Source: an uncultured Planctomycetales bacterium
GTDB lineage: Bacteria > Omnitrophota > Gorgyraeia > Zapsychrales > JAHFFX01
Length of the DNA stretch: 64,000 bases
Assembly (NCBI GenBank): GCA_964464475.1
Contig: CAYXGG010000004.1
Location: 4,940-68,939 of the forward strand
Direction: 5' to 3'
The position numbers were made by a program, and so were the translations under genes. The notes beneath the pieces are model-generated. The model had not been told where the DNA came from. It was given only the letters and a program-made list of their open reading frames with translations, and ran no database searches. Positions 57,635 through 64,000 of this stretch are shown in pieces (position 1 is the first letter of the stretch; the number at the start of each line of letters is the position of its first letter).

Positions 57635-60600
57635 AGGCTCCTCCTTGTTTACGATTAATTAATTTGATGGTTCCTTGATGCATCTGCATAATTTGCTTAA
57701 CGATCGACAAGCCCAAGCCCGTACCCCCCTTGGCTCGCTTGGTTGTGAAAAAAGGCTCAAAGATCTTCTCCAACAAATAGGCTGGAATTCCGGGTCCGTT
57801 ATCTTCAATCGTAATCCATACTTTATTTTTAGTTTCCAATGATTCTAAACTCGTATGAGAAATATCTAAGGGAACATCCAGAAAAGACCGAATGAAAATT
57901 TCTCCGCCTTCCCCCACAGCTTCCATCGCGTTAGAGAGGATATTAATGAATACTTGAACAATTTTTTCGCGATCAATATCAATCAGGGGAATATCCGGAC
58001 ATAATTGAAACTGAGCCTTGATGCGCGAACGACTGAGTTGGGTTCGCAAAAGTAATACGCAGTGTTCCAGAAGCGCATTAATATCCGCCGGCTTAAAAAC
58101 CGCTTCGGAAGGACGGGCCAACGTTAATAAATCTTTAATGATCGTATCGGCCCGATGAACCGCCGAGTCCATATCAGTCAGTACCTGCGTCGTGGTCTGG
58201 TCAGGATGCTCGTTAGTATTCTTTAAGAACTCTAATCCTTGTAACAAAATCGCTAGAGGATTTTTGACTTCATGCGCTGCTCCCGCCGCAAGCTGCTCAA
58301 CCGTTTTGGCTTTCTCTAAACTAATCAGTTCTTCCTGAGTATTTCTTTTCTCGGTAATGTCTTGGATAATGCCCACCAATCGCAAAGCCTGACCGGAAGT
58401 ATCCCGGTACACTTTGGCTTTTAGAGACGCCCAACGCAGCATATTTTCGGTTCCATGAATCCTAAACTCACAATTTAGTGTAGATTCTCGATCAACCGTT
58501 TGATTCAGGACCCTTTGAAATTCTTCCTTATCTTCCAGGCTAATATTTTTATAAAAATCCGCAAATGTCCCGGTAATAGCGCCATAAGCAAACCCAAATC
58601 TAGGCCCCATGTCGTTAGACCAAACAACATTATCAGAACCAATATCCCATTCCCAAATACCCAATTGCGCCGTACTCATAGCGAGACGCAACCGTTCTTC
58701 TTTTTCAAATAGTTCCTGTTCATAACGCTTGCGTTGGGTGATGTCCTGTAAAACACTATCAATCCATAATGGCTTCCGACCTTCACCGTAGAAAATTTGC
58801 GCGTTGACCAGACCCCAAATCAAATGCCCATGTTTATTTTTAAAACGGATCTCCTGATTATGAAGAAAACTTCGTGTTAATAACTCAACAACTAATTCTT
58901 TCCTATCTCTGGGGTCCCAGTAATGAACCGCAACATCTGTTTGTAATATTTCGTCCACCGATTCGTAGCCAAACATTTGGGCGACAAACAAATTCGCCTC
59001 AACAACACGACCCGGTGTATCTATAGTCGTTCTCACCAATCCGACCTTGACATTTTCTACGAGTGATCTGAATTTCTCTTCACTGGCCTTAATCTTTTCC
59101 TGAACTTCTTTACGTTCGCTCACGTCAAAAATAGCGCCATCCAGCCACTGCAAATTTCCCTGATCATCAAAAACGCCCTGTCCCTTATCATAGACCCATC
59201 GGGTTTGGCCATCACGATTGGCAATGCGATATTCCAACATATAAGGTCGTCGCAAACGTAACCCCTGCTGAATAAGACTGGTCGCGTGGGGCAAATCATC
59301 GATAGCAATAAGTTTATTAAATGATCGTTTTAAGTTGGCTATGAACTCAGAACTGGAATAACCGGAAATTTCCTGAATGGCATCGCTAATGTAATGAACC
59401 GTCCTCTTCTCATCGGGCAAGCAGCGATAGACCGCTCCGGGTAAATTCGCAACCAGTGTTCTAAATCTCGATTCGCTTTCGCGTACTGCCTCTTCCGACT
59501 TTCTTCGCAAAGTCAAATCCCGGACAAAGACGCTATAGCGAATCGTATCTCCCATATGCAACACGCTCATGGAAAGCTCAACAATCAACGTTGGGCCATT
59601 CTTATGCCGAACCGGTAATTCCAAAAATTTATTTGAGAAAATCCATTCGCCTTTATCTTCAAAATACTCCAGACCCTCTTCGATTCTCATCCGATCATCG
59701 GCATTCACAAACAAATCGACTAATTTTTTTCCTTCTACTTCTCTTCGCGTCCAACCCCAGATTTCTTCGGCCTTCCTATTCCAATTAATAATTGTTCCGT
59801 GCAAATCCAACGTCAATACGCCATCCAAAGCGGAATCAATAACCATCTGAACTTCCTGCTGCTTATACCTAAGTTCTTGGGTCATACTTTCTGCCAAAAC
59901 CCAAGCTTTAGTACGAGCTCGAGATAACGAAAGGAGAATCAAGAAAATCAAAAAGCTGACCGCCACCGTAATGCTTAACAAAATAACAGGAAATTTTCTC
60001 TCAATAGGACTTAACCCAATACCTTGAGAAGATCTAAAGCGCAGCGTCCACTCACGATTAGCCAAATGAATCCGAGAAACCCTTTGGAACAACTTATCTT
60101 CGGCCATGTCGTCATTTGAATAGGCATACTCAAACAATAAACTGCGACGATTTGGTTGATTACCAAGAAAGACTTCAATTCTCAAATCAGATGGCACTCC
60201 TTGGCGACCAAACAATTCACTAAAAATTTTCTGAGGGTCAACCGTTGCCATAATCGCCCCCCAGAGACTCTTCGCTCCGACTGATGCGGCATCCGCCGTA
60301 TCTTCATTTGCCATAATCGGCAAGAAGAAAGCAAAACCCGAAGCGCCTTGATGCGGATAGAACCCTAAGCGCACTTTACTCGTCAAATATATCTGATTTG
60401 TATCTCTAATTTCTTTGAGAGCAAAGGCGTAGGTACGATCGCTACTTAAATCAAAACCCAAAAAACTATCGTTCTCTTGTCCTGGTTCAACATACTTTAA
60501 GACATAGTAATCCGCCTTTTGCCCCTCAGGATGAATATGAAAATCGGGGTAACCTTCCGGCTTAACCGAGATATCCTGAATAACCGACTGGACGAACTTA

Positions 60601-60968
60601 GTTTTGTTGACATCTAAAACTCTTTCAACAATGCCAATCATGCCGAAACTAGGATGTCTTTCAAATATTCTTTGCCCAGACAAGAATATTTTCCATTCAT
60701 CACGTTCCACGCTTTGGCTGGCGGCAAAGAACCCCTGAATGGCAAACAAAGAATCAATAGCGATCTGAATTCTCTCCTCAATCTCTCGCTGAACATCGTT
60801 AGTTTCAGATTCAAATTCCGCTAATGACCTTCTACGAAAACTCTCAGAAACAAAAAAATAATTAATAAATGAAAATATAAGCAGGATAACTAAAACAACG
60901 GGAGGCAAGTGGATTAACCAAGGAGCAGTTTCCTTGCCCGAAGAGGATTGTCTTGACGTTTTTGACAT
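57606..60968 (-). CDS. CHASE + multi-PAS sensor histidine kinase
   Basis: CHASE domain (YVEP..LGFDL), four PAS repeats, AAHEVKNPL, NILSNAMEA, DNGPG and GTGLGL. Confidence 0.93.
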   Translation of the reverse strand: MSKTSRQSSSGKETAPWLIHLPPVVLVILLIFSFINYFFVSESFRRRSLAEFESETNDVQREIEERIQIAIDSLFAIQGFFAASQSVERDEWKIFLSGQRIFERHPSFGMIGIVERVLDVNKTKFVQSVIQDISVKPEGYPDFHIHPEGQKADYYVLKYVEPGQENDSFLGFDLSSDRTYAFALKEIRDTNQIYLTSKVRLGFYPHQGASGFAFFLPIMANEDTADAASVGAKSLWGAIMATVDPQKIFSELFGRQGVPSDLRIEVFLGNQPNRRSLLFEYAYSNDDMAEDKLFQRVSRIHLANREWTLRFRSSQGIGLSPIERKFPVILLSITVAVSFLIFLILLSLSRARTKAWVLAESMTQELRYKQQEVQMVIDSALDGVLTLDLHGTIINWNRKAEEIWGWTRREVEGKKLVDLFVNADDRMRIEEGLEYFEDKGEWIFSNKFLELPVRHKNGPTLIVELSMSVLHMGDTIRYSVFVRDLTLRRKSEEAVRESESRFRTLVANLPGAVYRCLPDEKRTVHYISDAIQEISGYSSSEFIANLKRSFNKLIAIDDLPHATSLIQQGLRLRRPYMLEYRIANRDGQTRWVYDKGQGVFDDQGNLQWLDGAIFDVSERKEVQEKIKASEEKFRSLVENVKVGLVRTTIDTPGRVVEANLFVAQMFGYESVDEILQTDVAVHYWDPRDRKELVVELLTRSFLHNQEIRFKNKHGHLIWGLVNAQIFYGEGRKPLWIDSVLQDITQRKRYEQELFEKEERLRLAMSTAQLGIWEWDIGSDNVVWSNDMGPRFGFAYGAITGTFADFYKNISLEDKEEFQRVLNQTVDRESTLNCEFRIHGTENMLRWASLKAKVYRDTSGQALRLVGIIQDITEKRNTQEELISLEKAKTVEQLAAGAAHEVKNPLAILLQGLEFLKNTNEHPDQTTTQVLTDMDSAVHRADTIIKDLLTLARPSEAVFKPADINALLEHCVLLLRTQLSRSRIKAQFQLCPDIPLIDIDREKIVQVFINILSNAMEAVGEGGEIFIRSFLDVPLDISHTSLESLETKNKVWITIEDNGPGIPAYLLEKIFEPFFTTKRAKGGTGLGLSIVKQIMQMHQGTIKLINRKQGGACVIISFPKP

Positions 60969-61228
60969 TCAAGTATAAATTTCTGGCCCTTATTGTCGTC
61001 ATGAGATTAGACCAGCACTACAAATTAAATAAAGCATCCTGGGATGAACTTCTTGAAGAATAATTCAAAGAAGAGACTCACAAAGCCTAAAATAATTGTA
61101 TTAATATACTAGAATGATGCCGGTATCGGATTGCCCCACCGCACATTCAACTGACTTTTTGAAACAGCTTCAAATAAAATTTTTATCGATAAAAGAGGGA
61201 AAAAAGTTCACAATAAAATAACAAATTC

Positions 61229-61609
61229 TCAAATAGTTTTTTGCAGGAACCGCTCGATGACCTCCTGTAACGGCGCTAAATCCTTTTCCTTACGTTCAAT
61301 AACGGCGCTTGCTCCCGCAGCCATAAATTGCTGTTCGGTATTCATTTCAACAAATAGTCCTACTTGAACAATAATTGGCAATCCCCCGCCACAGATTCTC
61401 ATCATTTCTCGACAAACCCACTGGCTGTCTAAATCCGAAAGTACTGCGCTTAAAATAACCATATCCGGAGCCAAAAATTGAGCTTCCTCTATAGCCCTTC
61501 TGCCCGTCGTTGCCAGACGTACGTTAGAGAAGGCTAATCCCTGTAAAAAAGCGACTGTTTTCTGGCCGTATACGGGATGGGAATCAACCACTAGGATGGA
61601 TTGTTTCAT
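61229..61609 (-). CDS. Atypical receiver-domain protein (pseudo-receiver)
   Basis: ILVVDS...PDMVILSAVL shows a REC fold with Ser at the phospho-Asp position. Confidence 0.75.
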   Translation of the reverse strand: MKQSILVVDSHPVYGQKTVAFLQGLAFSNVRLATTGRRAIEEAQFLAPDMVILSAVLSDLDSQWVCREMMRICGGGLPIIVQVGLFVEMNTEQQFMAAGASAVIERKEKDLAPLQEVIERFLQKTI

Positions 61610-61665
61610 AACGAGACTCCTATAACTATATAGTCGATTTCAAAAAACGTGATCCCAGGAGCATA

Positions 61666-62376
61666 TTATTTACTATTTTGTTTACGATACTGCGTTGGCG
61701 TTAGTTTAGTGATCCTTTTAAAAATTCTCATGAATGATTCCGGATTCTGGTATCCCAATTGAATGGCGATTTCATATATATTCAGATGCGTCTTAGTCAG
61801 AAGTGATTTAGCATGATCAATTTTGACTTTAACTTTGTAGTCGCGAAAACTGGAATCATTCTTCTGGTTAAACAATCTGCTGACGTACTTGGAACTCAAA
61901 CACATCTCATCGGCAATAAATCCCAACTTAACATTATTATAATTCCGATCAACGAACCGCTTGATTCGCTCAACTTGCCCTTCTTTATCTTTACCGATGT
62001 TTTGCGTATATAATTTGTCTCGCAGTAATAACTTTATTTTCTCCTTTAATTCTGGCATCTGAATTGGCTTCTCAATAAAGTCATCGGCATGATGTCGTAA
62101 AGCCTCGACCGCGACTTCCTTAGAGCCATAGGCCGTCATCAGAATAACGCCAATGTCTTTCTTGATTTTTTTGATTTCCGCCAGAACGCTGATGCCATCC
62201 ATATGAGGCATCATATAATCCACTAAAACAACGTTCACGAAGTTAGGTTTCCTTAGAAACTGAAGAGCGTCCAATCCATTACGAAATTCCAAAATCTCGT
62301 ACTCCGGAAAAGCCAATTTAACGCTTTTCCCTATCCGGGGATCATCATCGATTATGACAATTTTTTCTGAAATCAT
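61666..62376 (-). CDS. Response regulator with AraC-type DNA-binding domain
   Basis: IIDDD, VLVDYMMP and IYEIAIQLGYQNPESFMRIFKRITKLTPTQYR. Confidence 0.93.
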   Translation of the reverse strand: MISEKIVIIDDDPRIGKSVKLAFPEYEILEFRNGLDALQFLRKPNFVNVVLVDYMMPHMDGISVLAEIKKIKKDIGVILMTAYGSKEVAVEALRHHADDFIEKPIQMPELKEKIKLLLRDKLYTQNIGKDKEGQVERIKRFVDRNYNNVKLGFIADEMCLSSKYVSRLFNQKNDSSFRDYKVKVKIDHAKSLLTKTHLNIYEIAIQLGYQNPESFMRIFKRITKLTPTQYRKQNSK

Positions 62377-62550
62377 TTTTATTAAAATTTGGAATTATGT
62401 CAGTAATTATGACTAATTTCTCCCAATCCAGAATGCCCCCAAGGAATCCTAGACTGACTTATCTCTACCTTTAATAGCCACAGCTCAGCTATTATTTATT
62501 TTAATCAACATTGATTGGAATAATGTGGAAAGATCGCTTCGAGACAATTT

Positions 62551-64000
62551 TCAAGCTAACGGCTTGAGCGTTAGACAAGAGGGAATTTCAATAATAAAGC
62601 TGGTTCCTCCCTGCTGAGGACGCTGAACCACAATATTCCCTTGATGCGACTCGACAATTTCCTTACAGATGGACAGCCCAAGCCCCAGCCCCCCACTTTT
62701 TGTCGAAAAGAATGGCTCAAAAATTCTATGAAGGTGTTCATCACTAATACTCTCTCCGCTATTGGCCACCTCAATGCGCACCCAGTTTGCCCCTAGTTTG
62801 AACGCATCATTAGAGGAAAGATCTTTTCTCTCTTGTGAAAACCGCTCTGCCACACTAGAAAGAATTTGAATCTTACCCCCGGGAGGAGTCGCTTCCAGAG
62901 CGTTATTCAGTAAATTTAAGAAAACCTGCTTTAACTTTTCGCCGTTCCCCAAAATCAGCGGTAACTGTTCAGACAGATTTACTTCAAAGGCAATGTCCAT
63001 TTGCCTGGTTTTCAAACTAGCCAGTAACGCAATATCTTTAATAGTTTCGTTAATGTCGATTGGCGTCAATGGAAACTGAGAATTCTTAGCATACGCCAAC
63101 ATATTTTTTAAAGACGTATTCCAGGAATCCAGCTCTCGCGGGATAGTTTCTGAGAAATCTTTAATAAATTTTTTGTCGCGATAGCGCTCTGGCAAGAGCT
63201 TCACAAACGTATCAACCAGTTGCAAAGAATTCTTTAACTCATGGGCCACAGCGGTTGCCGCCTTCCCGATGATTGACAGCTTTTCTTCTTCCTGGGCCTT
63301 CTTTAACCGTTGCGTCATCTGGTTGAATGACTGAAACAACTTGCTAATTTCTGTCCGGTTATTGATCGAGAAAGCATAAGAGAAATCTCCCCGAGCGATT
63401 CGCTCCGTTCCGGCAATCATCTCGCGAATGGGCCGACTCATATAATGCGCTAAGAAAAAACTAATAAACAGCGATCCTAAAATACTCAGTGAAATCAATA
63501 GTATCGCCTGAAAGCTCATCTGTCGCAGCAGCGCGAAGGCTTCCTGCTGCGGCTGAGAAATAATCAACCCCCAATTCAACTTATTAATCGGAGCATATGA
63601 TGTCAGCCAAAGCCTTTGACTGTCATCCTTCTCTTCTAAATTGCCACTTTGACCGCGCCAAAGATCTTCCAACACACGCAAATGCTGCAAATTGGCATTC
63701 TTCAAAACAAGTTTTTTGTCTGGATGAGCGATGATCCTTCCCTGCTGGTCAATTAAATACGCACGGCCCTCTTTTCCAATATGAATAGCATCCACGATAT
63801 CCCAAACGCTGCGCAGACTCAAATCAGCAAGCAAAACACCTTTTACTTTACCGAGCCTGACTATCGGTTCAGCTAACGTGATATAAGGCATATGATTGGC
63901 TGATATTTTTACCTCTGAACGAAAAGAATGACCCTGCAAGGCTTGCAGAAATGCTTCTTCCTTCGAATGGTCCGATAAAGCCGTCCCTAATTCTGAAGTC
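62551..64000 (-). CDS. Cache-HAMP sensor histidine kinase (5' end beyond window)
   Basis: AYLIDQQGRIIAHPD (Cache), HAMP, VAHELKNSL, NLLNNALEA and GLGLGL. The frame appears to continue past the window end. Confidence 0.9.
   Translation of the reverse strand, partial: TSELGTALSDHSKEEAFLQALQGHSFRSEVKISANHMPYITLAEPIVRLGKVKGVLLADLSLRSVWDIVDAIHIGKEGRAYLIDQQGRIIAHPDKKLVLKNANLQHLRVLEDLWRGQSGNLEEKDDSQRLWLTSYAPINKLNWGLIISQPQQEAFALLRQMSFQAILLISLSILGSLFISFFLAHYMSRPIREMIAGTERIARGDFSYAFSINNRTEISKLFQSFNQMTQRLKKAQEEEKLSIIGKAATAVAHELKNSLQLVDTFVKLLPERYRDKKFIKDFSETIPRELDSWNTSLKNMLAYAKNSQFPLTPIDINETIKDIALLASLKTRQMDIAFEVNLSEQLPLILGNGEKLKQVFLNLLNNALEATPPGGKIQILSSVAERFSQERKDLSSNDAFKLGANWVRIEVANSGESISDEHLHRIFEPFFSTKSGGLGLGLSICKEIVESHQGNIVVQRPQQGGTSFIIEIPSCLTLKPLA

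Overview
Bacterial chromosomal window of about 47% GC (estimated by eye), with mostly minus-strand genes. The gene content tentatively suggests a diderm anaerobe such as Omnitrophota/PVC (inference only). (1) 1-4850 holds the 5' part of a giant secreted protein of more than 1600 aa, missed by the ORF track because it runs off the window. It is built from about 36 copies of a 44-aa six-cysteine repeat. (2) A c-di-GMP-I riboswitch with an unusually enlarged P3 arm and a terminator precedes a type IV minor-pilin operon (12.1-15.7 kb), followed by a highly structured ~210-nt intergenic element. (3) The centrepiece is an apparently continuous 23-gene, ~27.5 kb minus-strand operon (47964-20503) with a perfect CRP-type box at the class II position, next to a Cys-rich Crp/Fnr regulator. 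It links hemA, system II cytochrome c maturation, an MtrA/MtrB-like porin-cytochrome pair and a NapC/NrfH-like membrane multiheme to a Ni transporter, pyruvate:ferredoxin oxidoreductase, a DHOD-like flavoprotein, the HoxEFUYHW bidirectional hydrogenase, hypAFCDE and a CoA-transferase/GNAT fusion. (4) The rest is housekeeping and stress genes (mscL, msrA, tag, RNB nuclease, HtrA, exported Hsp20, SPL-like radical SAM) and a two-component signalling cluster at the right end. No rRNA, tRNA, CRISPR array or transposase was recognised.
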